From the NCBI RefSeq assembly GCF_003334405.1, contig NZ_QOWM01000012.1: a stretch of DNA of 64,000 bases; one strand, 5' to 3'. The stretch is from Escherichia coli. Lineage in GTDB: Bacteria > Pseudomonadota > Gammaproteobacteria > Enterobacterales > Enterobacteriaceae. Shown here piece after piece: positions 19,957-30,241 of this stretch (position 1 is the first letter of the stretch; every line of letters starts with the position of its first letter). The translations under genes were made by a program, and so were the position numbers. The notes under the pieces were generated by a model, which did not search any database, was not told where the DNA came from, and saw only the letters and a list, made by a program, of their open reading frames with translations.

Positions 19957-20295
19957 CTATTTCCCTGAATTTACGACGAAACTGTTCGAGCGGACTGAAG
20001 CACTCATGCTCATAGCCTTCGCGGAGGTAGATAACCCGTTGTGTTTCCGGTTCCCAACGAATGACTCTGACGGGCACTCCGTAGTGATCTTTGAACCAGC
20101 GGTTAACTTGTCGCAAAGGACTGTCTCCTTCTGCCGGTTGAAATCCCCCACAGCCCACTCTGCAAAGCTGTGGGTTACAATTTCCCTGTCACCTGGTACA
20201 TTCACTGCATAGCAATACTCCACCTTCGCTTTTCCACCCGGTACAGGAAGCGCAATCAGTTGCGAGCGACGGTAGTGTGTTGTTAAACTGTTCAT
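19957..20295 (-). CDS. Hypothetical phage protein
   Basis: 112-aa ORF whose ATG overlaps the upstream stop as ATGA; an alternative 73-aa ORF at 19937..20158 in another frame cannot be excluded. Confidence 0.35.
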   Translation of the reverse strand: MNSLTTHYRRSQLIALPVPGGKAKVEYCYAVNVPGDREIVTHSFAEWAVGDFNRQKETVLCDKLTAGSKITTECPSESFVGNRKHNGLSTSAKAMSMSASVRSNSFVVNSGK

Positions 20296-20855
20296 GCGTT
20301 AGTTTCTCCACAGTCACGACACGCCACGGCGCCCGGAGCTGCACACTCGCGGGCGTCACTACTTTCTGAAACGCAAAAGATTTTGTAGACCAGTGCTGCA
20401 TGCTCCTGCAGCTTCGAAATTGAGAGGTACAGCTCGTCGTTAATTGCTGTCTTCTCATGCGGTTCCACTACACCGTCTTCAATTGCTGAACGAATCTGTT
20501 TTGAATAACTGCCGATCTGTTCAATGACCTCCAGCAGGCGTTGGTTGATATCGGCGTTGTCCACATCCTCGACATCAGGAAGAGACACAAAAACGCCATT
20601 TGCAGACTGCGCCACAGCGTCAGCAATGAAGTGAGTTCCACCAGCACGTTGCAAAATCATTGCCCATCCCAGCGGGAAAATCTGATCGCCATCGGCACGA
20701 AGGCGGTTAAATAATGCGTTCTCTGTTACATCCAGCCAGTCAGCCGCTTCAGCGTAACCACCCGGCAACGCCGCGATAGTTTTTCTGACAGCTTTCACGT
20801 ACCACTCAGGCTGTTTTTCTATTTTCCAGTGATGCTTACCCACGATTAGCCTCAT
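20292..20855 (-). CDS. YdaT-like phage protein
   Basis: 187-aa ORF immediately downstream of the Cro-like gene, the same arrangement as racR-ydaS-ydaT in the Rac prophage. Confidence 0.55.
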   Translation of the reverse strand: MRLIVGKHHWKIEKQPEWYVKAVRKTIAALPGGYAEAADWLDVTENALFNRLRADGDQIFPLGWAMILQRAGGTHFIADAVAQSANGVFVSLPDVEDVDNADINQRLLEVIEQIGSYSKQIRSAIEDGVVEPHEKTAINDELYLSISKLQEHAALVYKIFCVSESSDARECAAPGAVACRDCGETNA

Positions 20856-20886
20856 CGTTCTGTGGTTAAAAATTGAAAGTGTTCTG

Positions 20887-21087
20887 CTAATCTTTCGGAT
20901 AGATATCCGGTCTTAAGTCAGATTTCGTAATTGCACCTGACGTGCATTGCTCAAGTTTTTTAGCCAGCACAAAACTGGCTTTTTTATAGCCATTGAAAAC
21001 CAGCCGTAAGTAGCCAGGTGTTGAGCCAACTTTTCCGGCCAACTCGCCCTGCTGTTCTTTGGTTAAAGAGTCCCAATACGCTTTCAT
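20887..21087 (-). CDS. Cro/YdaS-like small HTH regulator
   Basis: The ORF track extends this to 21390 (167 aa), overlapping the cI start; the plausible gene is the last 66 aa (MKAYWDSLTKEQQGELAGKVGSTPGYLRLV...), divergent from cI. Confidence 0.6.
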   Translation of the reverse strand: MKAYWDSLTKEQQGELAGKVGSTPGYLRLVFNGYKKASFVLAKKLEQCTSGAITKSDLRPDIYPKD

Positions 21088-21177
21088 ACAATATGTACCT
21101 CCGGTATACATATTACATGATTGAAATGAACCTTCAAGATACTTGTACCTTAACGGTACAAGGGTTTTAATTTCGTT
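21088..21177. promoter_or_regulatory. Divergent cI/cro promoter-operator region with palindromic operators
   Basis: CTTGTACC-ttaac-GGTACAAG perfect inverted repeat and ATATGTACC-tcc-GGTATACATAT; more TGTACC half-sites at 21890-21925. Confidence 0.5.
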
Positions 21178-21852
21178 ATGAAAACAATCCATGACATCCG
21201 GCGGTCTAACGCCAGAAAACTGAGAGATGGTGTTGGCGGGAATTCTTCCTTTGCCACTATGATTGATCGCGAGCCAACCCAAACCAGCAGGTTTATGGGA
21301 GATGGTGCTACTAAAAATATCGGTGACAGCATGGCACGACACATCGAAAAATGTTTCGACCTGCCTGTCGGATGGCTCGATCAAGAACACCAGACAACGA
21401 ACATCACAAAAAAACCTGATGTTTCAATCACTAATAAACAAATCACATTAGTCCCTGTCATATCATGGGTACAGGCCGGAGCATGGAAAGAAGTTGGATA
21501 TTCTGAGGTTGATTTGAGCACAGCAGAAACGTATCCCTGCCCTGTACCCTGTGGGGAAATGACTTATATCTTGCGGGTGATAGGTGATTCAATGATTGAT
21601 GAGTACCGCCCGGGAGACATGATTTTTGTCGATCCTGAAGTACCTGCCTGCCACGGTGACGACGTTATTGCATTGATGCACGATACAGGTGAAACCACCT
21701 TCAAAAGGTTGATAGAAGATGGGACACAGCGTTATCTCAAAGCGTTAAACCCAAACTGGCCTGAGCCTTACATTAAGATCAACGGTAATTGCTCTATAAT
21801 TGGTACTGTGATTTTCTCAGGAAAACCAAGAAGATACAAAATCAAAGCTTAA
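21178..21852 (+). CDS. CI-like prophage repressor with LexA-type S24 autopeptidase domain
   Basis: 224-aa ORF; C-terminal half has the S24 Ser/Lys dyad context (VIGDSMIDEY ... TFKRL). Confidence 0.8.
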   Translation: MKTIHDIRRSNARKLRDGVGGNSSFATMIDREPTQTSRFMGDGATKNIGDSMARHIEKCFDLPVGWLDQEHQTTNITKKPDVSITNKQITLVPVISWVQAGAWKEVGYSEVDLSTAETYPCPVPCGEMTYILRVIGDSMIDEYRPGDMIFVDPEVPACHGDDVIALMHDTGETTFKRLIEDGTQRYLKALNPNWPEPYIKINGNCSIIGTVIFSGKPRRYKIKA

Positions 21853-21855
21853 TCA

Positions 21856-21882
21856 ATGTTTATGAACCTGCTTCGGCAGGTT
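21856..21882 (+). terminator. Rho-independent terminator after the repressor gene
   Basis: gaacctgcttcggcaggttttttta. Confidence 0.5.
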
Positions 21883-22086
21883 TTTTTATACTTGACAATG
21901 TACCTTTGAGATACATAATGTACCCAAGAGAAACAACAAACAGGCAGGACGCTCACGAAGTAGCCGCCTGGGGCATATGAAGTCCAGGATGATTCGTTAG
22001 CAACAAAAAAGCGCCCTACAGGACGCTTAGCTCTTTAACAATCTGGTCCCCATCAACAAGTAACTGATAACTTGAGGAGGTGTGAA

Positions 22087-22293
22087 ATGCACAAAACAGA
22101 ACCCAAAATCGTTGCGCCTGGCTACACAGATGAGGAAATTTATGAGTGGATGACAAAGAAGCTGGCAGCTATAAACCAGCTTCGTGAAGTGCTGTCTTAT
22201 CGACAGGAAACAATAGACTCCTTAAAAAAACTGGATCAGGAAATCACGGTTTTATCACAGGATGTTACTTTAGATATTGTGCAGACAAATTAG
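22087..22293 (+). CDS. Hypothetical small protein
   Basis: ATG preceded by gaggagg; MHKTEPKIVAPGYTDEEIYEWMTKKLAAINQLREV...; AT-rich island. Confidence 0.4.
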   Translation: MHKTEPKIVAPGYTDEEIYEWMTKKLAAINQLREVLSYRQETIDSLKKLDQEITVLSQDVTLDIVQTN

Positions 22294-22699
22294 GATCCCA
22301 TTCATTTTCGTCAAAATCATCAAAGTGATGAATTTGTGATCTCCAGTCTCGATAATCTAAAAATTTCTGGGCGGTTACGCTTATTTTATCAAGTGTGAGT
22401 TCATCCTGAATTGAAAGAAGAAGTTCATCAAATTTCATCTCATTAATCTGTTTTGGCATCCAGTGATGCTTCATCAGAATAAGGTGAACCAGTGCCTTTT
22501 TCCCATTCAACTGATTATAGGGAGTGCCGAATTTCTTCCGGTGCTCATGTAAGACAAGGTCCAGAAGAGTAAGTAATGTTGCCCTTGATTCCACTTTGCT
22601 TATTTCGACTGATGACACTACCCCACTGATTTCAATGCCCCGATACTTTCCAACATTTTCACAGTGGGATTTGTACAGCGTGTAGATATTACCGGACAT
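22265..22699 (-). CDS. Hypothetical protein, candidate moron
   Basis: 144-aa ORF in an AT-rich island, convergent with the previous ORF; no recognisable motif. Confidence 0.45.
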   Translation of the reverse strand: MSGNIYTLYKSHCENVGKYRGIEISGVVSSVEISKVESRATLLTLLDLVLHEHRKKFGTPYNQLNGKKALVHLILMKHHWMPKQINEMKFDELLLSIQDELTLDKISVTAQKFLDYRDWRSQIHHFDDFDENEWDPNLSAQYLK

Positions 22700-22739
22700 T
22701 TCTTTTCCTTTTGCGTTGTTGGGGATAACCAGATTAACC

Positions 22740-23200
22740 GAATCCTTGTTGTTGGGGAATAACCAGGTCCACCTCGCCTGATGTGGCTAAAAGCAGGCAC
22801 ATAACAGCTAAGTATTTTTAACCAGAGAGAATCCTTAGCGTTGTGGTGAATGCGGCTCAGCGCACGCGGGTTAAGGTTGAGGCTGACAGTCGACCTTCTG
22901 TGGATACCCACCCGTCTGGTGTGCAACCTTCGCCAGGCACCGGGAGGCACCCGGCACCACAACTTTATGCTGTGTGTAGTCCTGGAGGTACCAGTTTGTA
23001 CCCTTGCTTCCGGCTGGTACCGTCCTTTTTACAAAACAGAGAAGAGCATCACCGGACGACGGGCTCATAACCCAATCCATCCGGGCGGCTGCCACCGCAG
23101 GTGTTCTTCTCTGTTTTGTGGAGAAACTAACCGCCCCTACGGGGGCATTCATGGAAATGTAATTGACTCAATAATCGCCGGACGGTGAGGGCTTCCTTTT
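22740..23200. other. GC-rich ORF-free segment, candidate structured non-coding RNA or decayed gene
   Basis: All overlapping ORFs are Arg/Pro-rich and look non-coding; long-range complementarity GTTGTGGTG...CACCACAAC and local stem GGTACCAG...CTGGTACC. Confidence 0.3.
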
Positions 23201-23216
23201 ACCCGAATTCAGCGCG

Positions 23217-23780
23217 GTGCAGCGCATATACGTGGAGAGCAAAATGTCATTTATTAAAACTTTTTCCGGGAAGCATTTTTATTATGACAGGATAAATAAA
23301 GACGACATCGATATTAACGATATCGCGGTTTCCCTTTCAAATATCTGTCGCTTTGCCGGTCATCTTTCGCACTTCTACAGCGTCGCCCAACATGCGGTTC
23401 TTTGCAGCCAGCTGGTGCCGCAGGAATTTGCTTTTGAAGCGTTAATGCATGATGCAACAGAAGCGTATTGCCAGGACATTCCCGCACCACTGAAACGCCT
23501 TCTTCCTGACTATAAACAAATGGAAGAAAAAATAGACGCCGTAATCCGTGAGAAATACGGGTTACCCCCAGTTATGAGTACGCCCGTGAAATATGCCGAT
23601 CTCATCATGCTGGCAACCGAACGCCGCGATCTCGGGCTTGATGATGGCTCTTTCTGGCCTGTACTGGAAGGTATCCCGGCAACAGAGATGTTCAACGTGA
23701 TTCCACTGGCACCGGGCCATGCCTACGGGATGTTTATGGAACGCTTTAACGAGTTATCGGAGTTACGCAAATGCGCATGA
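23217..23780 (+). CDS. HD-domain phosphohydrolase (YfdR-like 5'-nucleotidase)
   Basis: 187-aa ORF with HD signature FAGHLSHFYSVAQHAVL...MHDATEAY; probable start MSFIKTF at 23244. Confidence 0.7.
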   Translation: MQRIYVESKMSFIKTFSGKHFYYDRINKDDIDINDIAVSLSNICRFAGHLSHFYSVAQHAVLCSQLVPQEFAFEALMHDATEAYCQDIPAPLKRLLPDYKQMEEKIDAVIREKYGLPPVMSTPVKYADLIMLATERRDLGLDDGSFWPVLEGIPATEMFNVIPLAPGHAYGMFMERFNELSELRKCA

Positions 23781-24133
23781 ATGTTTTCGAAATGGAAGGG
23801 TTTCTTCGTGGGAGATGTGTACCGCGAGATCTGAAAGTAAATGAAACAGATGCTGAATACCTGGTGCGTAAATTCGATGAGCTTGAAGCTAAATGTGCAG
23901 CACAGGAAAACAAAGTAATACCAGTGTCAACTGAACTGCCACCAGCAAATGAAAGTGTTTTGTTATTCGATGCTAACGGAGAAGGCTGGCTAATTGGCTG
24001 GCGTTCTCTCTGGTACACCTGGGGACAAAAAGAAACCGGAGAATGGCAGTGGACATTTCAGGTCGGGGACCTTGAAAACGTCAATATCACTCACTGGGCA
24101 GTAATGCCAAAAGCACCGGAGGCTGGAGCATAA
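23771..24133 (+). CDS. Hypothetical phage protein (DUF551-like)
   Basis: 120-aa ORF with Trp-rich C-terminus WLIGWRSLWYTWGQKETGEWQW. Confidence 0.5.
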   Translation: MRMNVFEMEGFLRGRCVPRDLKVNETDAEYLVRKFDELEAKCAAQENKVIPVSTELPPANESVLLFDANGEGWLIGWRSLWYTWGQKETGEWQWTFQVGDLENVNITHWAVMPKAPEAGA

Positions 24134-24438
24134 TGACCACTTTTACCGACAAAGAACTGATTAAAGAAATTAAAGAGCGTATCAGCAGCCTTGACGTGCG
24201 AGACGATATTGAGCGCCGTGCTTATGAAATCGCACTCCTATCTCTGGAAGTAGAACCAGATGAACGCGAAGCTTATGAATTATTCATGGAAAAGCGTTTC
24301 GGTGACTTAGTAGATCGTCGGAGAGCAAAAAACGGCGATAACGAATACATGGCATGGGATATGACTCTCGGTTGGATCGTCTGGCAGCAACGAGCTGGTA
24401 TCCATTTTTCAACAATGTCACAGCAAGAGGTGAAATAA
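24133..24438 (+). CDS. Hypothetical phage protein
   Basis: 101-aa ORF, translationally coupled to its neighbours. Confidence 0.5.
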   Translation: MTTFTDKELIKEIKERISSLDVRDDIERRAYEIALLSLEVEPDEREAYELFMEKRFGDLVDRRRAKNGDNEYMAWDMTLGWIVWQQRAGIHFSTMSQQEVK

Positions 24439-24788
24439 TGGAGCCATACAGCCTCACACTCGATGAGGCCTGTCATTTTCTCAAGATATCCAGACCGACT
24501 GCCATTAACTGGATACGCACAGGGCGTCTTCAGGCAACACGCAAAGATCCCACTAAGAATAAATCTCCTTACCTCACAACACGACAAGCCTGCATTGCGG
24601 CTCTTCAGTCTCCGCTGCATACTGTCCAGGTGAGCGCGGGTGATGGCATAACAGAGGAAAGAAAATGTCACTCTTCCGCAGAGGTGAAATATGGTACGCC
24701 AGTTTCACATTGCCGAACGGTAAAAGATTTAAACAGTCTCTTGGAACAAAGGACAAAAGGCAGGCGACAGAACTCCATGACAAGCTAA
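24438..24788 (+). CDS. xis: Excisionase (P22 Xis-like, long form)
   Basis: Starts [37 protein letters not shown] (HTH); ~117 aa, overlapping the int start as in P22. Confidence 0.6.
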   Translation: MEPYSLTLDEACHFLKISRPTAINWIRTGRLQATRKDPTKNKSPYLTTRQACIAALQSPLHTVQVSAGDGITEERKCHSSAEVKYGTPVSHCRTVKDLNSLLEQRTKGRRQNSMTS

Positions 24789-25828
24789 AGGCTGAAGCAT
24801 GGCGGGTCAGCAAACTTGGTGAAATACCTGATATAACGTTCGAGGAAGCGTGTGTCAGGTGGCTTGAAGAGAAAGCATATAAAAAATCACTGGACGATGA
24901 CAAAAGCCGGATCGGATTCTGGCTTCAACATTTCGCAGGAATGCAACTAAGAGACATTACTGAATCAAAAATTTATTCAGCAATGCAGAAAATGACGAAC
25001 CGGCGTCATGAGGAAAACTGGAAACTCAGGGCAGAAGCATGCAGAAAAAAAGGGAAACCTGTTCCAGAATACACGCCAAAACCAGCGTCCGTTGCAACGA
25101 AGGCTACGCATCTTTCATTTATAAAGGCCCTACTAAGAGCCGCAGAGCGTGAATGGAAAATGCTGGATAAGGCACCAATTATTAAAGTGCCTCAACCAAA
25201 GAATAAACGGATCCGCTGGCTGGAGCCCCATGAAGCACAAAGGCTGATTGATGAATGTCCGGAGCCATTAAAGTCTGTTGTTGAATTTGCACTGGCAACA
25301 GGCTTAAGACGCTCGAACATCATCAACCTTGAATGGCAACAAATAGATATGCAGCGCCGGGTGGCATGGATAAACCCGGAAGAGAGTAAATCAAACCGCG
25401 CAATCGGCGTTGCGCTGAATGATACTGCATGTCGCGTTTTGAAAAAACAAATCGGGAATCATCACCGTTGGGTATTTGTGTACAAGGAAAGCTGTACCAA
25501 ACCAGACGGAACGAAAGCGCCAACAGTAAGGAAGATGCGGTATGACGCAAACACAGCCTGGAAAGCGGCGCTGAGACGGGCTGGTATTGATGATTTCAGA
25601 TTTCACGACTTGAGACACACCTGGGCAAGTTGGCTGGTTCAAGCCGGAGTCCCGTTGTCAGTGTTACAGGAAATGGGAGGCTGGGAGTCTATCGAAATGG
25701 TTCGTCGATATGCTCACCTTGCACCTAATCACCTTACCGAACACGCACGGCAAATAGACTCGATCCTGAACCCATCGGTCCCAAATTCGTCCCAGTCAAA
25801 AAATAAGGAAGGTACTAATGATGTGTAA
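24665..25828 (+). CDS. int: Tyrosine integrase (P22 Int-like), thrW-specific
   Basis: 387-aa [37 protein letters not shown]...; catalytic region [39 protein letters not shown]; adjacent to the tRNA-Thr 3' end. Confidence 0.9.
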   Translation: MSLFRRGEIWYASFTLPNGKRFKQSLGTKDKRQATELHDKLKAEAWRVSKLGEIPDITFEEACVRWLEEKAYKKSLDDDKSRIGFWLQHFAGMQLRDITESKIYSAMQKMTNRRHEENWKLRAEACRKKGKPVPEYTPKPASVATKATHLSFIKALLRAAEREWKMLDKAPIIKVPQPKNKRIRWLEPHEAQRLIDECPEPLKSVVEFALATGLRRSNIINLEWQQIDMQRRVAWINPEESKSNRAIGVALNDTACRVLKKQIGNHHRWVFVYKESCTKPDGTKAPTVRKMRYDANTAWKAALRRAGIDDFRFHDLRHTWASWLVQAGVPLSVLQEMGGWESIEMVRRYAHLAPNHLTEHARQIDSILNPSVPNSSQSKNKEGTNDV

Positions 25829-25841
25829 CTTATTGATTTAA

Positions 25842-25917
25842 ATGGTGCCGATAATAGGAGTCGAACCTACGACCTTCGCATTACGAATGCGCTGCTCTAC
25901 CAACTGAGCTATATCGG
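25842..25917 (-). tRNA. thrW: tRNA-Thr (anticodon CGU)
   Basis: Minus-strand read GCCGATATAGCTCAGTTGGTAGAGCAGCGCATTCGTAATGCGAAGGTCGTAGGTTCGACTCCTATTATCGGCACCA; coordinates +/-1. Confidence 0.9.
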
Positions 25918-26032
25918 CCCTGAAAGGACATGTTCACGAACGTGAATCACGGTGGACAAGGTTAAAACTAACCGGGCGATGCGTCAATGGCCTTGTGAAT
26001 CAAATGGCTACTTTTGCATCACCCGGTTTTAT

Positions 26033-27286
26033 TTACGCACGAATGGTGTAATCACCAATGCCGATCCACTTGTAAGTGGTCAGTGCTTCCAGCCCCATTG
26101 GGCCACGCGCGTGGAGTTTTTGTGTGCTTACCGCCACTTCCGCACCCAGACCAAACTGGCCGCCGTCGGTAAAACGCGTAGAGGCGTTAACGTAAACAGC
26201 GGACGAATCCACTTCGTTAACAAAACGCTGGGCGTTGCGCATATCGCGGGTCAGGATCGCATCGGAGTGTTGTGTGCCGTGTTCACGAATATGGGCGATG
26301 GCATCGTCAAGATCGCTGACGATTTTGACGTTCAAATCTAATGACAGAAACTCATCGTCATACTCTTCGGCTTTAACAGCAACCACCTTCGCAGGGCCTG
26401 CCTGCAACTGCGCCAGTGCAGCTGCATCTGCGTGTAATGTCACGCCGCTTTCCGCCATTTGTTTGCTTAATGCGGGCAGGAAGCTATCGGCGATGTTTTT
26501 ATTCACCAGCAACGTTTCAACCGTATTACATGTGCTCGGACGCTGAGTTTTCGCGTTGACGATCACTTTTAATGCTTCAGCGATCTCTACACTTTCATCA
26601 ACGTAAATATGGCATACGCCTATACCACCTGTGATCACCGGGATTGTCGACTGTTCACGGCACAGTTTATGCAAACCAGCGCCACCACGCGGGATCAGCA
26701 TGTCGATGTATTTATCCATACGCAGCATTTCACTGACCAGCGCACGGTCAGGATTATCAATCGCCTGCACGGCACCCGCCGGTAAGCCGCAGGATTTCAG
26801 GGCGTCCTGAATCACCGCCACCGTTGCAGCGTTAGTGCGACACGTTTCTTTGCCACCGCGCAGGATCACCGCATTACCGGTTTTCAGGCACAGCGAAGCG
26901 ACATCAACCGTCACGTTCGGGCGCGCTTCATAAATCACGCCAATAACCCCCAGCGGTACGCGACGACGCTCAAGACGCAGGCCGCTGTCCAGTACGCCGC
27001 CATCGATTACCTGCCCCACCGGATCGGCGAGGTTGCACACCTGACGTACATCGTCGGCAATGCCTTTCAGCCGTGCGGGCGTCAGTGCCAGACGGTCAAG
27101 CATCGCTTCGCTAAGGCCATTGGCTCGCGCGTCAGCAACATCCTGGGCGTTAGCGTTGAGGATGATTTCGCTTTGTGCTTCCAGTTCATCGGCGATTTTT
27201 TCCAGCACGCGATTTTTTTCGCGGCTGGAGAGTTGCGCTAATTTATACGAGGCTTGCTTCGCGGCAATGCCCATTTGTTCCAGCAT
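26033..27286 (-). CDS. proA: Gamma-glutamyl phosphate reductase
   Basis: 417-aa ORF with the conserved ProA sequence. Confidence 0.95.
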
Positions 27287-27297
27287 CAGCCTGCTCC

Positions 27298-28401
27298 TTA
27301 ACGGGTAATCATGTCATCACGGTGAACGGCAACCGGGCCGTATTCATATCCCAGTATTGCATCAATTTCTTGCGAGTGGTGTCCGGCAATACGGCGTAAT
27401 GCATCGCTGTTGTAACGACTGACGCCGTGGGCGATATCGCGGCCTTCGAGGTTGCAAATGCGGATGACTTCACCACGCGAGAAATTGCCAGTCACGCTTT
27501 TAATGCCTTTCGGCAACAGGGAGCTGCCGCGTTCCAGAATGGCGGCAGTTGCCCCTTCATCTACCGTGATTTCACCCGCCGGCGGCGCACCGAAAATCCA
27601 GCGTTTACGGTTTTCAAGCGGAGTCGCCTGGGCATGGAACAGCGTACCGACGGAAATGCCTTCCATCACATCACCAATAACGCCCGGCTTGCTGCCCGCG
27701 GCAATAATGGTGTCGATACCCGCACGGCAAGCCACGTCAGCGGCCTGCAATTTGGTACTCATGCCGCCAGTTCCGAGGCCTGAAACGCTGTCACCGGCAA
27801 TCGCGCGCAGTGCGTCATCAATGCCGTAAACATCTTTAATCAGTTCTGCCTGCGGATTGCTGCGCGGGTCAGCGGTATACAAACCTTTTTGATCGGTCAG
27901 CAGCAACAGTTTATCGGCACCCGCAAGAATCGCCGCCAGCGCAGAAAGGTTATCGTTATCGCCGACCTTAATCTCTGCCGTAGCGACAGCATCGTTCTCA
28001 TTGATTACCGGAACGATATTGTTATCGAGCAACGCTCGCAGGGTGTCGCGGGCGTTCAGGAAGCGTTCACGGTCTTCCATATCAGCACGGGTCAGCAGCA
28101 TTTGCCCGACGTGAATGCCATAAATCGAAAACAGCTGTTCCCACAGTTGAATCAGTCGACTCTGCCCTACCGCCGCCAGCAGTTGTTTCGAGGCGATGGT
28201 CGCTGGCAGTTCCGGGTAACCCAGGTGCTCACGTCCGGCGGCGATCGCGCCCGACGTCACAATAACAATCCGATGCCCGGCGGCATGTAACTGCGCGCAC
28301 TGGCGAACAAGTTCAACGATATGGGCACGGTTCAGACGGCGCGATCCGCCTGTTAGCACACTGGTGCCGAGTTTTACCACCAGCGTCTGGCTGTCACTCA
28401 T
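27298..28401 (-). CDS. proB: Glutamate 5-kinase
   Basis: ORF track gives a 396-aa form from 28488; the conserved ProB start is [12 protein letters not shown] at ~28401. Confidence 0.9.
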
Positions 28402-28589
28402 GATTCTCTGCCATTCAATTTTAGGAAAAATGATATCAAACGAACGTTTTAGCAGGACTGTCGTCGGTTGCCAACCATCTGCGAGCAAAGCATGGCGTTT
28501 TGTTGCGCGGGATCAGCAAGCCTAGCGGCAGTTGTTTACGCTTTTATTACAGATTTAATAAATTACCACATTTTAAGAATATTATTAAT

Positions 28590-28615
28590 CTGTAATATAT
28601 CTTTAACAATCTCAG
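28590..28615 (+). promoter_or_regulatory. Pho box (PhoB binding site) of the phoE promoter
   Basis: ctgtaatatatctttaacaatctcag upstream of phoE. Confidence 0.5.
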
Positions 28616-28688
28616 GTTAAAAACTTTCCTGTTTTCAACGGGACTCTCCCGCTGAATATTCGCGCGTTAATTAAAATCAGGAATGAAA

Positions 28689-29744
28689 ATGAAAAAGAGC
28701 ACTCTGGCATTAGTGGTGATGGGCATTGTGGCATCTGCATCTGTACAGGCTGCAGAAATATATAATAAAGACGGTAATAAACTGGATGTCTATGGCAAAG
28801 TTAAAGCCATGCATTATATGAGTGATAACGCCAGTAAAGATGGCGACCAGAGTTATATCCGTTTTGGTTTTAAAGGCGAAACACAAATTAACGATCAACT
28901 GACTGGTTATGGTCGTTGGGAAGCAGAGTTTGCCGGTAATAAAGCAGAGAGTGATACTGCACAGCAAAAAACGCGTCTCGCTTTTGCCGGGTTGAAATAT
29001 AAAGATTTGGGTTCTTTCGATTATGGTCGTAACCTGGGGGCGTTGTATGACGTGGAAGCCTGGACCGATATGTTCCCGGAATTTGGTGGCGATTCCTCGG
29101 CGCAGACCGACAACTTTATGACCAAACGCGCCAGCGGTCTGGCGACGTATCGGAACACCGACTTCTTCGGCGTTATCGATGGCCTGAACTTAACCCTGCA
29201 ATATCAAGGGAAAAACGAAAACCGCGACGTTAAAAAGCAAAACGGCGATGGCTTCGGCACGTCATTGACATATGACTTTGGCGGCAGCGATTTCGCCATT
29301 AGTGGGGCCTATACCAACTCAGATCGCACCAACGAGCAGAACCTGCAAAGCCGTGGCACAGGCAAGCGTGCAGAAGCATGGGCAACAGGTCTGAAATACG
29401 ATGCCAATAATATTTATCTGGCAACTTTCTATTCTGAAACACGCAAAATGACGCCAATAACTGGCGGCTTTGCCAATAAGACACAGAACTTTGAAGCGGT
29501 CGCTCAATACCAGTTTGACTTTGGTCTGCGTCCATCGCTGGGTTATGTCTTATCGAAAGGGAAAGATATTGAAGGTATCGGTGATGAAGATCTGGTCAAT
29601 TATATCGACGTCGGTGCTACGTATTATTTCAACAAAAATATGTCAGCGTTTGTTGATTATAAAATCAACCAACTGGATAGCGATAACAAATTGAATATTA
29701 ATAATGATGATATTGTCGCGGTTGGCATGACGTATCAGTTTTAA
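28689..29744 (+). CDS. phoE: Outer membrane phosphoporin PhoE
   Basis: Signal peptide [21 protein letters not shown], porin body and C-terminal F; the ORF track begins two codons earlier at 28683. Confidence 0.9.
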   Translation: MKKSTLALVVMGIVASASVQAAEIYNKDGNKLDVYGKVKAMHYMSDNASKDGDQSYIRFGFKGETQINDQLTGYGRWEAEFAGNKAESDTAQQKTRLAFAGLKYKDLGSFDYGRNLGALYDVEAWTDMFPEFGGDSSAQTDNFMTKRASGLATYRNTDFFGVIDGLNLTLQYQGKNENRDVKKQNGDGFGTSLTYDFGGSDFAISGAYTNSDRTNEQNLQSRGTGKRAEAWATGLKYDANNIYLATFYSETRKMTPITGGFANKTQNFEAVAQYQFDFGLRPSLGYVLSKGKDIEGIGDEDLVNYIDVGATYYFNKNMSAFVDYKINQLDSDNKLNINNDDIVAVGMTYQF

Positions 29745-29749
29745 TGAAT

Positions 29750-29776
29750 ATTGCCGGATGTGATGCATCCGGCACA
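29750..29776. terminator. Bidirectional hairpin terminator between phoE and crl
   Basis: gccggatgtgatgcatccggc palindrome. Confidence 0.5.
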
Positions 29777-29782
29777 TTTCAC

Positions 29783-30241
<459 letters not shown>

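Larger units (their letters stand above)
1..25841. mobile_element. Lambdoid prophage (P22-type int/xis, phage-21-type lysis cassette) integrated at thrW; left end lies beyond the window start; apparently defective
   Basis: Contiguous phage gene order stf-lom-J-head-terminase-cos-lysis-Q-replication-cro/cI-xis-int ending next to the tRNA-Thr 3' end; portal and tail-shaft genes absent. Confidence 0.85.

Noticed and set aside
20887-21390. 167-aa ORF overlapping the repressor gene start
   Set aside because: Only the C-terminal 66 aa resemble a Cro/YdaS-type regulator; the long form would overlap the divergent cI start and the operator region
22850-23188. 112-aa and overlapping ORFs in the GC-rich segment
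   Set aside because: Arg/Pro-rich composition typical of spurious frames in GC-rich DNA; treated as non-coding
25790-25830. Apparent one-base discrepancy between my manual translation of the int 3' end and the ORF-track protein
   Set aside because: Most likely my reading error in a poly-A run; I kept the ORF-track coordinates for int and flagged the tRNA coordinates as +/-1
27298-28488. 396-aa extended form of proB
   Set aside because: The conserved ProB N-terminus begins at the internal Met (MSDSQTLVV); the upstream extension is not conserved
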